A stretch of 64,000 bases of DNA from Candidatus Woesearchaeota archaeon (lineage in GTDB: Archaea; Nanobdellota; Nanobdellia; Pacearchaeales; GW2011-AR1), in the NCBI GenBank assembly GCA_964408235.1, contig CAYOYN010000002.1, positions 44,459-108,458 of the forward strand. Direction: 5' to 3'. Position 1 is the first letter of the stretch. The number at the start of each line of letters is the position of its first letter. A model generated the notes under the pieces. It was not told the DNA's origin. It saw only the letters and a list, made by a program, of their open reading frames with translations, and did not search any database. Made by a program: the position numbers and the translations under genes. Shown piece after piece: positions 7,548 through 17,341 of this stretch.

Positions 7548-10007
7548 ATGAAGACCGTGAACTTTTCTACGATTGATAAAAAATGGCAGAAAGAATGGGA
7601 AAAGTCAAAGATCTTTGAGTCTAAAGAAGACCGTAAGAAGGAAAAATATTACGTTTTAGAAATGTACCCCTATCCTTCAGCTCATGGATTGCATATGGGC
7701 CATGCATTCAATTATACTATAGGAGATATTGTTGCAAGATTTATGAAAATGAACGGTAAATCAGTTCTTCATCCAATGGGTTTTGATAGTTTTGGGTTGC
7801 CTGCAGAAAACGCTGCAATAAAGGAAGGAACTCACCCAAGAAAATATACTGATGTTGCAATAAAAAGATTTATTGAACAACAAAAAGCTTTGGGGTTGAG
7901 TTACGATTGGTCTAAAAAAATACAAAGTCACGATCCTAACTATTACAAATGGAATCAATATTTCTTTTTGCAATTTTTAAAAAAAGGTCTTGCTTATAGA
8001 AAGGAATCTCCTGTTAATTGGTGTTCAAAATGCGAGAGTGTTTTAGCAAATGAACAAGTTCATGATGGAAAATGTTGGAGGCATAACGATACAGAGGTAA
8101 TTGTTAAAAATTTAGAGCAATGGTTCATTAAAACAACAAAATATGCTGAAGAACTTTTGAGGGATGTTGATTCTTTGGACTGGCCTCAAAGGATTAAATC
8201 TATGCAAAAAAATTGGATTGGAAAGAGCGAAGGAACTGAAGTATTATTTGAAATAGAAGGAGAAAAATGGCCTGTTTTTACAACAAGAGTAGATACATTA
8301 TTTGGAGTTACTTTCTTAGTTGTTAGTGCTCAACACTCTAAACTTTCTGAATTAGTCACTAAGGAACAGAAGAAGCATGTTGATGCTTTTTTGAAAAAAG
8401 TCAAAAGTACTAAACAAGAAGATATGGACAAAATGGATAAAGAGGGAGTATTTAGTGGGAGTTATGCTATTCATCCTTTGACAGGTAAGAAAGTCCCCAT
8501 ATGGATTGGAAATTTTGTAGTTGCAGATTATGGGTCGGGCATTGTAATGGCTGTTCCTGCCCATGATTCTCGTGATTTTGATTTTGCTAAGAAATATGAC
8601 ATTCCATTAATTCAAGTAATAAAGCCTGTTAAGGTAGAACATGCAAAAAGTAAATTATTTGAAGATTTTGGAATTTTAACTAACTCTCATGATTTTAACG
8701 GCTTGACTAGTGAAGAAGCTATAAAACATATTCAGGTGGTTTTGAAGGAAAGAAAGCTTGGAGGAGCAGTTACAAATTATAAATTGCGCGATTGGTTAAT
8801 CTCTAGACAAAGATATTGGGGAACACCTATTCCTATAATTTATTGTAATGATTGTGGTGTTGTTCCAGTTCCGGAAAAAGAATTACCTGTTTTATTGCCT
8901 GAGAAGGTTACATTTGGAAAGGGGAACCCTCTTCTTACTAATGAAAAATTCGTAAATTCAAAATGTCCTACTTGTGGTAAGAATGCAAGACGTGAAACTG
9001 ACACGATGGACACTTTTATGGATTCTAGTTGGTATTATATGAGGTTTACTGATCCAACTAATAATAAAATGCCTATAAGTGTAGATTGTGTTAATTATTG
9101 GATGCCTGTTGATTTTTACAGCGGTGGTGCAGAGCATGCTTGTATGCATTTAATTTATGCAAGATTTTTTACAAAGGCTTTACGTGATTTGGGTTATTCG
9201 AAAGTTAATGAACCATTTGTAAAATTGTTTAATCAGGGAATGCTTCATGGGGAAGATGGTTTTGTTATGTCCAAATCTAGAGGTAATGGGGTCGATCCTC
9301 TTGATGTTAGTAAGAAGTATGGTGCAGATACATTAAGGTTATTTTTAATGAGTGTTGCTTCTCCAGATAAAGATTTTACCTGGAGTACTACAGGTGTTGA
9401 GTCCATGTATAAATTTGTTAGTCGTGTTTGGGATTATGCTCATAAGGTAAATTTCGAAAAATCTTCTGCTAGAATTAAGCACAAGTTGAATAAAGGGATT
9501 ATCCAGATTGGAGAAGATATAAAAAATATTAATTATAATTTGGCTGTAATTAAGTTGCGTTCTTTATTTGATAGTTTTGAGGATCAAATAGATAAGGCGG
9601 ATTTTGCAACCTACTTACAGCTTCTTTCTCCATTTGCTCCGCATATTGCCGAAGAGTTGTGGCACAATGTTTTAGGATATGATACTTTTGTAAGTGATAG
9701 TGATTGGCCTATCGCAGATAAAAGTAAAATAAATGATTCAATTGATGTAGCCGAAGAAAGTTTTGAAAAAACGGTTTCAGATATTCAGAATATCTTAAGA
9801 ATTATCAAGGAAAAAGATGGTAAAGATGCTAAACATATTTATCTTTATACTATTCCTCCAGAAGTAAAGAACTTTGATAAAGAAATATTATCTAAAAGGC
9901 TCGGGATTGATGTAAGCATATTTGCTGTTAACGATAGTAAAAAATATGATCCCTCTTCTAAAGCAACTAAGGCAAAACCTGGAAAACCTGCAATTTATGT
10001 AGAATGA
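7548..10007 (+). CDS. leuS: Leucyl-tRNA synthetase, archaeal type
   Basis: Class I HIGH-type motif (PYPSAHGLHMGHAFNYTIGD) and KMSKS motif (VMSKSRGNGVDP). Confidence 0.9.
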   Translation: MKTVNFSTIDKKWQKEWEKSKIFESKEDRKKEKYYVLEMYPYPSAHGLHMGHAFNYTIGDIVARFMKMNGKSVLHPMGFDSFGLPAENAAIKEGTHPRKYTDVAIKRFIEQQKALGLSYDWSKKIQSHDPNYYKWNQYFFLQFLKKGLAYRKESPVNWCSKCESVLANEQVHDGKCWRHNDTEVIVKNLEQWFIKTTKYAEELLRDVDSLDWPQRIKSMQKNWIGKSEGTEVLFEIEGEKWPVFTTRVDTLFGVTFLVVSAQHSKLSELVTKEQKKHVDAFLKKVKSTKQEDMDKMDKEGVFSGSYAIHPLTGKKVPIWIGNFVVADYGSGIVMAVPAHDSRDFDFAKKYDIPLIQVIKPVKVEHAKSKLFEDFGILTNSHDFNGLTSEEAIKHIQVVLKERKLGGAVTNYKLRDWLISRQRYWGTPIPIIYCNDCGVVPVPEKELPVLLPEKVTFGKGNPLLTNEKFVNSKCPTCGKNARRETDTMDTFMDSSWYYMRFTDPTNNKMPISVDCVNYWMPVDFYSGGAEHACMHLIYARFFTKALRDLGYSKVNEPFVKLFNQGMLHGEDGFVMSKSRGNGVDPLDVSKKYGADTLRLFLMSVASPDKDFTWSTTGVESMYKFVSRVWDYAHKVNFEKSSARIKHKLNKGIIQIGEDIKNINYNLAVIKLRSLFDSFEDQIDKADFATYLQLLSPFAPHIAEELWHNVLGYDTFVSDSDWPIADKSKINDSIDVAEESFEKTVSDIQNILRIIKEKDGKDAKHIYLYTIPPEVKNFDKEILSKRLGIDVSIFAVNDSKKYDPSSKATKAKPGKPAIYVE

Positions 10008-10049
10008 ATACTGGAAGGTTTAAAAAATCGATTTATTATTTTTTCTCCC

Positions 10050-10553
10050 ATGAAAATTTATCTTGTTTCCCCTGGCGAAAATGACTCAAGAAATCTTACT
10101 GATAATGGCAAATCCGATATTTATTCTCTAATTAGAAAACTAACCAATGACAAAATTAAGGTAAAAAGAATTTATGTCAATGGACATAATGTATCTAGGC
10201 AAACAGGCAGTATGCTGAGTAAGGCTTTTGAAGTTCCAATTGTAGGCGATGAAAGGTTCTCTGAAATAGGGAAGGGCGTTATTTTAGGAAGTTTTAACGA
10301 TCTTGATTTAGAAAACTTAAAATATGTAAATCTTTTTATTGATGAAATTGTTGCGAGAAAAAATGATGCCATAATTACTATAGGTGCAGGAGTTCATAGA
10401 GCTATAATTAGCAGGTTAACCGGATTGCCTTTGCAAGAAACAAGACACTTTTCTTTTAAACCTGCAGGAATTTCTACATTACATTATGATGATGGTACTG
10501 GAAGATGGAGAATTAACTCTCTTAACGATGTAAATCATTTGAGGCTTCCTTAG
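10050..10553 (+). CDS. Histidine-phosphatase (phosphoglycerate-mutase-like) family protein, atypical
   Basis: Fold-typical layout, but the catalytic RHG motif is replaced by SPGEN. The second-His region is retained (GAGVHRAII). Confidence 0.5.
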   Translation: MKIYLVSPGENDSRNLTDNGKSDIYSLIRKLTNDKIKVKRIYVNGHNVSRQTGSMLSKAFEVPIVGDERFSEIGKGVILGSFNDLDLENLKYVNLFIDEIVARKNDAIITIGAGVHRAIISRLTGLPLQETRHFSFKPAGISTLHYDDGTGRWRINSLNDVNHLRLP

Positions 10554-10714
10554 TTACATCTTTTTGTCTTTTTTTGGTGAAACTGTTTATAAATAGCTTA
10601 ATTGTTACTAAAAAGTTGTTTGCTATTTAATGATAAATATTCAATGAAAGATATATTATTGTTTGTTGTTTGTATATAAAGAAATTTAGTTTTTAGATCT
10701 TGGAGGTGATGGTG

Positions 10715-10870
10715 ATGACTAATTTAAACGGGCTTAAAGATAGGAGAGTTGTGGCTTTGGTTGAAAAACTTGAGGCTGTTGACTCTTTCTATGGTATAAC
10801 TCCTGAAGAAAGAAATGTCCTTGATGTTATCCATGGAGTCTCTGATTTAGCTGAAGAATCTGAGGAATAG
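10715..10870 (+). CDS. Hypothetical small acidic protein (51 aa)
   Basis: GGAGGTG Shine-Dalgarno 6 nt upstream. Not in the ORF track because it is under 60 aa. Confidence 0.3.
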   Translation: MTNLNGLKDRRVVALVEKLEAVDSFYGITPEERNVLDVIHGVSDLAEESEE

Positions 10871-10904
10871 GTATTTTTATTAACTTTATTTTTTTTAGGT
10901 TCTA

Positions 10905-11672
10905 ATGGATATTTCGTTTTTGATTTTAGCATTGGTTCAAGGGATTCTTGAATGGTTTCCTGTTTCAAGTTCTGGGCATATGGTCATTACAGAAATGTTT
11001 CTTGGAATTTCAAGCGGTCTTGAATTTGAAGTAGCCTTACATTTTGGAACATTAATGGCAGTTTTTGTTTACTTTAGAAAAGATATAGTTTATATTATAA
11101 GAGATTTGTTGCATGCTAAATTCAAAACCATTCATGCGCGTCTTGGTTTGTTAATCTTGGTTGCTAGTATTCCTGTAGGTTTTTTAGGTTTTATTTTTAG
11201 AAAATATTTTGAGCTATCTTCTAGTTTAGCAATTCTAGGTCTTGGATGGGGGGTTACCAGTTTAGTCTTATTTGCAGGAAGTTTTTCAAAGAATAGTTTA
11301 AGAAATTCTTCCTCTTTGAGTTATTCTAAGGCATTAGCTCTAGGTTTTGCACAGGTTTTATCTTTAATTCCAGGAGTTTCAAGAAGCGGTATGACTATTT
11401 CTTCAGGTTTGTTATTTGGGTTGAATGAAAAAGAAGCAATTAAATTTTCATATTTGCTTTCAATTCCTACAATAATTGGAGCTAATTTAGTCACTTTTGG
11501 AAATAAGGCTATTCCTTTTGAATTTTTATTACCTACAATTATTTGTTTTGTTTCTGGGTTAGTTTTTATGCATATTTCATTTAATTATGTTTTAAATAAC
11601 CGAAAAAATTTGAGGTGGTTTGGAGTTTATACTTTAATCTTAGGAATAATTTGTTTGTATTTTGCTTTCTAA
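10905..11672 (+). CDS. uppP: Undecaprenyl-diphosphatase (BacA/UppP)
   Basis: LEWFPVSSSGHMVI and GVSRSGMTISSGLLFG motifs; polytopic membrane protein. Confidence 0.85.
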   Translation: MDISFLILALVQGILEWFPVSSSGHMVITEMFLGISSGLEFEVALHFGTLMAVFVYFRKDIVYIIRDLLHAKFKTIHARLGLLILVASIPVGFLGFIFRKYFELSSSLAILGLGWGVTSLVLFAGSFSKNSLRNSSSLSYSKALALGFAQVLSLIPGVSRSGMTISSGLLFGLNEKEAIKFSYLLSIPTIIGANLVTFGNKAIPFEFLLPTIICFVSGLVFMHISFNYVLNNRKNLRWFGVYTLILGIICLYFAF

Positions 11673-11751
11673 TCTTCAACAATTGCTTTACTTCTTCCTA
11701 CATGCTCTTTTAGAAAAAGGCCATCTAGGAGTTCAGAAAACTAATATTGGG

Positions 11752-13515
11752 CTATTCAACAATAGCCTTTATACGACGGACTCCTGCTGAAACTGAAGAT
11801 TGTTCTATTATTTTAATCTTGCCTATTTCTTTTGTGTTTTTTACATGCGGGCCTGTGCAAATTTCTCTGCTAAAGTATCCCTTTTCTTCTTCTTTATCTA
11901 CTACTGTGTAAACGCTTACTTTTTCTGGATATTTATGCCCAAATTCTCCTTTCGCACCAGATTCTATTGCTTCTTTATAGGTTAAATCTTCTGATTTTAC
12001 TACCAATCCCTTTTTCACCACTTTATTTACTAAGTTCTCAATTTTCTCTATTTCCTCATTAGTTAGTTTTCTATTGAATACAAAATCAAATCTTGTTCTT
12101 TCAGGGGTTATGTTGCTTCCTCTTTGTGCTACTTCTGGCCCTAGAACTCTAGATAATGCTTCATTAAGTAAATGGGTAGTGGTATGTAATCTTGTAGTTT
12201 TTTCGGAATGGTCTGCAAGCCCTGATTTGAATGCTCCTGCTGAAGTGGTTCTTGATAATTCTTGGTGTCTTTGATATTCTTCATCAAATCCTTTTTTGTC
12301 AATTTTAACCTTGATTTCATTAGCCATCTCAATAGTCATTTCTATTGGGAAGCCAAATGATTGGAATAAAAGAAACGAATCTTTTCCTGAAATGTTTTTG
12401 CTTTCAGATGCAATTTTTTCGAATTGTTTTGTTCCTTTTTCAATAGTTTTTCTAAACTTATTTTCTTCTTCCTCTAATTTTATTATGATGTTATCTTTAT
12501 TATCTTCTAATTCTTTATAATCGTTGTATATTTCAAAAATTGGCTTTATTATTTCCTTTGTAAAATTTGTTTCTATTCCTAATATTTTGCCGTATCTTAT
12601 TGCTCTTCTGATTAATCTTCTTAATATGTAACCTTGTCCAGTATTTGAAGGGTGGATTCCGTCTGCAATTATGAATACTGAGGCTTTTAAATGGTCTGCA
12701 ATTATTCTCATTTCTTTTTTATGATCTAAATATTTCTTTTTAGAGACATTTTCTACTCTTTTTATTATTGGCATCCATATTTCTGTCAGGTAATTATCGT
12801 CTAACTCGTTTAGAGCAGCAAGGGTTCTTTCTAGACCCATGCCAGTATCTACATTTTTTTGTTTTAGTTGAATATATTTTCCTTCTAAGGTTTTATCATA
12901 CTGCATGAAAACATCATTCCATATTTCTACCCATTTCGGATCTTCAGGATCAAAGTTTTTGGGAGCTTTTTTTCCGCTGTAAAAGAACATTTCTGTATCC
13001 GGTCCACAAGGGCCTGTATTTCCGGCTGGGCCCCACCAATTATTCTTTTTTGGAAGAAATGCTATTCTTTCTTTGGGCATTCCTAAAGAAGTCCAGGTGT
13101 TGTAAGATTCTAGGTCTTTATCTGCATCTTTATCGCCTATGAAGCAAGTTACTGCTAATTTTTCTAATGGTATTTTTAGGATTTTTGTTAAAAATTCAAA
13201 AGAATATTTTATTGCCTCAACTTTAAAATATTCTCCAAGGGACCAATTTCCAAGCATTTCAAAAAAGGTATGGTGGGTTGTATCTCCTACTTCATCAATA
13301 TCATCTGTTCTTACACATCTCTGTACATTTACTAATTTTTTTCCCAATGGGTGTTTTTGACCTACTAAATAAGGGACTAATGGGTGCATTCCAGCAGTCG
13401 TAAATAAAACAGTAGGGTCATTTACGGGAATTAACGAAGAGTTGGGAATCTCTTTATGAGCTTTTGACTTAAAAAAATCAATATATTTTTGAATTAGTTC
13501 TTGCCTACTTATCAT
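11752..13515 (-). CDS. alaS: Alanyl-tRNA synthetase, bacterial type, truncated (587 aa)
   Basis: N-terminal NDPTVLFTTAGM...RCVR...HHTFFEMLGNWSLGEYFK is the bacterial/eukaryal AlaRS signature; archaeal enzymes have RHLTFFEMMGHHAFN here. Editing-site HTTTHLL and CTGPHV are present, but there is no C-terminal C-Ala domain. Confidence 0.85.
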   Translation of the reverse strand: MISRQELIQKYIDFFKSKAHKEIPNSSLIPVNDPTVLFTTAGMHPLVPYLVGQKHPLGKKLVNVQRCVRTDDIDEVGDTTHHTFFEMLGNWSLGEYFKVEAIKYSFEFLTKILKIPLEKLAVTCFIGDKDADKDLESYNTWTSLGMPKERIAFLPKKNNWWGPAGNTGPCGPDTEMFFYSGKKAPKNFDPEDPKWVEIWNDVFMQYDKTLEGKYIQLKQKNVDTGMGLERTLAALNELDDNYLTEIWMPIIKRVENVSKKKYLDHKKEMRIIADHLKASVFIIADGIHPSNTGQGYILRRLIRRAIRYGKILGIETNFTKEIIKPIFEIYNDYKELEDNKDNIIIKLEEEENKFRKTIEKGTKQFEKIASESKNISGKDSFLLFQSFGFPIEMTIEMANEIKVKIDKKGFDEEYQRHQELSRTTSAGAFKSGLADHSEKTTRLHTTTHLLNEALSRVLGPEVAQRGSNITPERTRFDFVFNRKLTNEEIEKIENLVNKVVKKGLVVKSEDLTYKEAIESGAKGEFGHKYPEKVSVYTVVDKEEEKGYFSREICTGPHVKNTKEIGKIKIIEQSSVSAGVRRIKAIVE

Positions 13516-13552
13516 TTCAATGAACAGATTATACTGTTTTTAAAAATATTGA

Positions 13553-13885
13553 TTATGCTCCCAACATTGCAATTTTCTTTCTTATGTTTTGGATTTCTTG
13601 TTCTAACGAATCTCTTTTGCCAGGAACTGTTTTTATTAATTCTGCGCTAGTCTCTTTAACTTTTATGTTTGGAACATATTGGGTTATTGTTTCCATTTCT
13701 TTTTTCATGTCCATAATTACCTTTTTTAGAAGACTTTTAAGGGCTAATTCTTCTTTCCTTAATTTCTTGTAACTATTGTATTTCTTTAAACATGTTAGAA
13801 CTTCCATTTCTGCGTAAAGTAGGTGTTTTTTTCCAGCAACGACATGTGGTTTTTCTAAACCCACGAATTGTTCTTCAGTAGGCAT
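13553..13885 (-). CDS. Hypothetical coiled-coil protein
   Basis: ATG at 13885 (the ORF-track start is an upstream TTG). Its start overlaps the stop of the upstream gene in an ATGcctacTGA arrangement, which implies translational coupling. Confidence 0.4.
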   Translation of the reverse strand: MPTEEQFVGLEKPHVVAGKKHLLYAEMEVLTCLKKYNSYKKLRKEELALKSLLKKVIMDMKKEMETITQYVPNIKVKETSAELIKTVPGKRDSLEQEIQNIRKKIAMLGA

Positions 13886-14474
13886 TTTCAAATATCTCTT
13901 TATTAATAAAGAGTATTCTTGCTTTTATGCTTTCAATATCCTTTTCCCAACTAGTTATTTCTTCATCCTCTTTTGCTTTCAGGTCTTTTATCATTCTTAA
14001 TAATTCATCCATCTGGTCTAATTTTTCAGATATTTTAAGCAGCGAATCTCTTGCTTCTTTGAATTTTTCAAGCTTTACGAATAAAGGCCTTTTATCACTA
14101 ACTTGACTATTAGGAGCAGTCATTCTTAACGCATCTGCCATTGTAGGTCTTTGAACAATTGGAGCGGGCATTGTAGGTTTAGGAGACCATTCATCTAATT
14201 CCATGGTCCTCATTGGTTTCATTTGAATTGGCTCTGCATTCCATTCAGGTAACTCAGGTAAATTTTTATCTTCATCTTCAACTGCACTTTTTATCATGCT
14301 TTGGCTGAATCCTTTATTCATTAATGAATCTGGAAATGAAGGTAAGCCATGTACTTCTTCCTGAGCAGATTCTATCGGAGGAAGCATAGATCTTTGATAG
14401 TCTCTCATTGAGGCAGGACCTGTTATTGGCAAATCAGGTAATTCTCCTTCAGAATCTTTCTTTTTTCCAAACAT
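13875..14474 (-). CDS. Hypothetical protein with a Pro-rich disordered N-terminus and a C-terminal coiled coil
   Basis: 199 aa, no recognisable domain. Coupled to the downstream 110-aa ORF. Confidence 0.4.
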   Translation of the reverse strand: MFGKKKDSEGELPDLPITGPASMRDYQRSMLPPIESAQEEVHGLPSFPDSLMNKGFSQSMIKSAVEDEDKNLPELPEWNAEPIQMKPMRTMELDEWSPKPTMPAPIVQRPTMADALRMTAPNSQVSDKRPLFVKLEKFKEARDSLLKISEKLDQMDELLRMIKDLKAKEDEEITSWEKDIESIKARILFINKEIFENAY

Positions 14475-14637
14475 ATTTTCATATATTTAGAAGTTTATTT
14501 ATATAGGTTTATCTTAATTATCAAGTGGTTACATATTTTCTCTTAATTTTTTTCTATCTAAATTCTTTTATTTAATGAAAAAATTAATTAGTTTTTCAAT
14601 AGAAAGGTTTTTATTGTTAGATTGATGGAAGTTTTTC

Positions 14638-15303
14638 ATGCTTGAGAAGTTTTTGAAAGAGTATGTTTCTATCGTCGCAGGTTCAGGTACAGATAAGATT
14701 GTTGATGTTTTATTTAATAAAAAAAATGTTAATGAATTTTTAATTGCTAAGAAACTTAATTTAACTATTAACCAAACTAGGAATATTCTTTACAAGCTTG
14801 CAGATAGCGGCCTTGTTCGTTTTATGAGGAAAAAAGATCTAAAAAGTGGCGGATGGTACACTTATTTTTGGACACTGGATGAGTATAAGTGCTTGGTAAA
14901 TTATCGTGCTTCTATAAATAATGAGATCTCTATTCAGGAAAACGTTCTTGCAGCTAGAAAGACTAAACAGTTTTATATCTGTAAAAACTGTAATATCGAG
15001 GTTTCTGATGAACATGCTTTGTTAAATGAATTTACTTGTGCTGAGTGTGGGGAAGTTTATTCTTTAAAAGATCCTATTGAAGGAATAAAAGAAATTGAAA
15101 AAATTGTTCAGAAATTGGCTGACAAATCTGCTCAAATACAAGTAGAAATTGAAAAACTTAACGTGGAAAGAGCGCCTAAACCTGTTAAAAAAGAAAAGGT
15201 AAAGAAAACTAAGACCTCTTCTAAATCTAAGGCTGGATTAAAATCTGTTAAAAAAGAAAAGAAAGCTACTAAGAAACCTACCAAGAAGGGGAAAAAGAAA
15301 TAA
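14638..15303 (+). CDS. tfe: Transcription factor E (TFIIE-alpha homolog)
   Basis: Winged helix with a GGWYTYFW-type motif, a CxxC...CxxC zinc ribbon (CKNC...CAEC) and a Lys-rich tail. Confidence 0.8.
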   Translation: MLEKFLKEYVSIVAGSGTDKIVDVLFNKKNVNEFLIAKKLNLTINQTRNILYKLADSGLVRFMRKKDLKSGGWYTYFWTLDEYKCLVNYRASINNEISIQENVLAARKTKQFYICKNCNIEVSDEHALLNEFTCAECGEVYSLKDPIEGIKEIEKIVQKLADKSAQIQVEIEKLNVERAPKPVKKEKVKKTKTSSKSKAGLKSVKKEKKATKKPTKKGKKK

Positions 15304-15307
15304 CGAA

Positions 15308-16156
15308 ATGGTTTATAGGAGAGACTACAGACGTTCCAAAGTATCTGTTAAAAAAAGAAAAATATTCAGTTTGACTACTTCAATTATATTTGTAAATGTA
15401 GTTTTATTTTTTTTATTTTCTATCGTTTCTTTATTTTATCCTAATTTTATTAATTTCATAGCTATCAAACCTTCTTCAGTTTTATCTGGGGATTATGTCT
15501 GGACAATTTTTACTAGTATGTTTATGCATGGAAGTTTCTTTCATTTATTTGTGAATATGCTTTCTCTATTTTTTTTAGGTAGTCTAACTGAACAAATAAT
15601 AGGTAGGAAGAGATTTTTCTGGTTTTATCTTCTTGCAGGAATAATGGGTGGATTATTTTTTGTTTTGTTTGCATACATAGGAAGCTTTTTTTCAAGAGGA
15701 GATTTTATTTTTGGAGGAATTAATGATTTTGCAGTCGGTGCAAGTGGGGCTATTTTCGGCTTACTAGGCATCCTTGCGACATTGTTGCCTAAGAAGAAGG
15801 TATACCTTATTATTGGACCTTTAATAGTAATTGTTCTTCAAGTTTTAATTTCTGGATTAATTCCTTCAATATCAGGGTTGCTAGATATAATCGGAGGAGT
15901 TTTAATATTTTTAATGATCTTTTCCATATTTTCGCCTAACCCTCTATTTAGAAAGGTTGCTATTCCATTAAGTTTACCCTTTTGGCTTGCCCCTATAATC
16001 GCTATTGTTCCTTTGTTAATGATTGGTTTTTTTGTTAAACTACCTATTGGAAATATGGCTCATCTTGGGGGTTTAGTGGTTGGATTAATTTATGGTTATT
16101 ATTTAAGGAATAAATATAAGCAAAAGGTTAAATTGCTAAATAGAATTATTAGATGA
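15308..16156 (+). CDS. Rhomboid-family intramembrane serine protease
   Basis: GASGAIFGLLG active-site motif (GxSG) and the catalytic His in AHLGGLVVG; about 6 TM helices. Confidence 0.8.
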   Translation: MVYRRDYRRSKVSVKKRKIFSLTTSIIFVNVVLFFLFSIVSLFYPNFINFIAIKPSSVLSGDYVWTIFTSMFMHGSFFHLFVNMLSLFFLGSLTEQIIGRKRFFWFYLLAGIMGGLFFVLFAYIGSFFSRGDFIFGGINDFAVGASGAIFGLLGILATLLPKKKVYLIIGPLIVIVLQVLISGLIPSISGLLDIIGGVLIFLMIFSIFSPNPLFRKVAIPLSLPFWLAPIIAIVPLLMIGFFVKLPIGNMAHLGGLVVGLIYGYYLRNKYKQKVKLLNRIIR

Positions 16157-16749
16157 TGAAAAAAAATAAATCTTCTTGGAAAAAAGAATTCGCTAATTCT
16201 TTTGAAGAATCTTTAAGATATATCTCCTTATGTAAGAATTATGTCTACTTGATAATCGCTGTTTTTTTAATTAGTTCTTTATTCGGATATTTCAACTCTA
16301 ATCAACTTGGATTCATTGACGAAGCAATAAAAGACATCTTATCTAAAACTCAAGGACTTGATGCCCTTGAACTTTTATGGTTTATATTTAGCAATAATGT
16401 AACTAGCGCAGTTTCATCTTTATTTTTAGGTTTATTGTTCGGTGTTTTTCCTTTGTTTAATGCAATATTTAATGGGGCTCTATTAGGCTATGTTTATTCT
16501 AAGGCTGTTCCTATTGCAGGTTTCGGAGTGATCTGGAAAATTTTACCTCATGGAATATTTGAATTGCCTGCAATTTTTATTTCACTGGGGCTTGGGTTAC
16601 ATTTGGGAATGTCCATTTTTACAAGAAATAAACTGAAGACCGTAAAAGAAAGATTTATTGGATCGCTTAAGGCTTTCTTGGCTGTTGTTGTTCCCTTGCT
16701 TATGTTAGCAGCAATAATTGAGAGCTTTTTGATCTTTTTTGTTGGCTGA
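16153..16749 (+). CDS. SpoIIM-like / DUF95 membrane protein
   Basis: ILPHGIFELPAIFISLGLG motif; polytopic. Overlaps the rhomboid stop by 4 nt. Confidence 0.5.
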   Translation: MMKKNKSSWKKEFANSFEESLRYISLCKNYVYLIIAVFLISSLFGYFNSNQLGFIDEAIKDILSKTQGLDALELLWFIFSNNVTSAVSSLFLGLLFGVFPLFNAIFNGALLGYVYSKAVPIAGFGVIWKILPHGIFELPAIFISLGLGLHLGMSIFTRNKLKTVKERFIGSLKAFLAVVVPLLMLAAIIESFLIFFVG

Positions 16750-16782
16750 AATGTTTTTAAATTGCATTCGGGTTAAAGTTTA

Positions 16783-17340
16783 ATGGAAGATAAAGGTTTT
16801 GTAGGAAATGTTACCGAACTTGATGAGGCTCGTGAAATAGATAATATTCGTAAAGTTGAAGCAGCTCTTTTTGTTTCAGGGAAGTTCATGAATTTAAAGG
16901 AACTTGTAGCTTTAACTGATGTCAATCCTTTGTTATTAAGAGATATACTTAGGACATTGGAAGAAAAATATAAGGGTAAAGGGGTTGAAATAGTTCACAG
17001 AGAAGATTTATGGAAAATGGATGTTCATCCCGATTTCGTCTATATGGTTAATAGATTAGCTACTGGTAACTCCGAGTTTACAAAGGCTGAACAAGAAACT
17101 CTAGCTATTATTGCCTATAAGCAACCAATGAAACAATCTATTTTAATTAAAATTAGGGGTAATAAAGCGTATGATCATATTGCTAAATTTGTAGAGATGG
17201 GTTTAATAAACAAAAAAAAAGTTGGGCATACTGCAGAAATTTCTTTGAGTGAAACATTCTATAATTATTTTAATATTTCTGGAGATGAAAAGAATAAATT
17301 TCCTTTAGCAGATGAAGTCGGAGAAAAGGTAGAAAATTAA
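16783..17340 (+). CDS. scpB: Segregation and condensation protein B
   Basis: VEAALFVSGKFMNLKELVAL winged-helix motif; two wH domains. Confidence 0.7.
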   Translation: MEDKGFVGNVTELDEAREIDNIRKVEAALFVSGKFMNLKELVALTDVNPLLLRDILRTLEEKYKGKGVEIVHREDLWKMDVHPDFVYMVNRLATGNSEFTKAEQETLAIIAYKQPMKQSILIKIRGNKAYDHIAKFVEMGLINKKKVGHTAEISLSETFYNYFNISGDEKNKFPLADEVGEKVEN

Positions 17341-17341
17341 C

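Noticed and set aside
5580-9149. Short ORFs from the six-frame track lying antisense to, or overlapping, long conserved genes (5580-5822, 6202-6504, 6617-6859, 7761-7973, 8352-8564, 8958-9149).
   Set aside because: Each lies wholly inside a well-supported CDS on the other strand or frame. None has a ribosome-binding site or recognisable motifs. In AT-rich DNA such ORFs are expected by chance.
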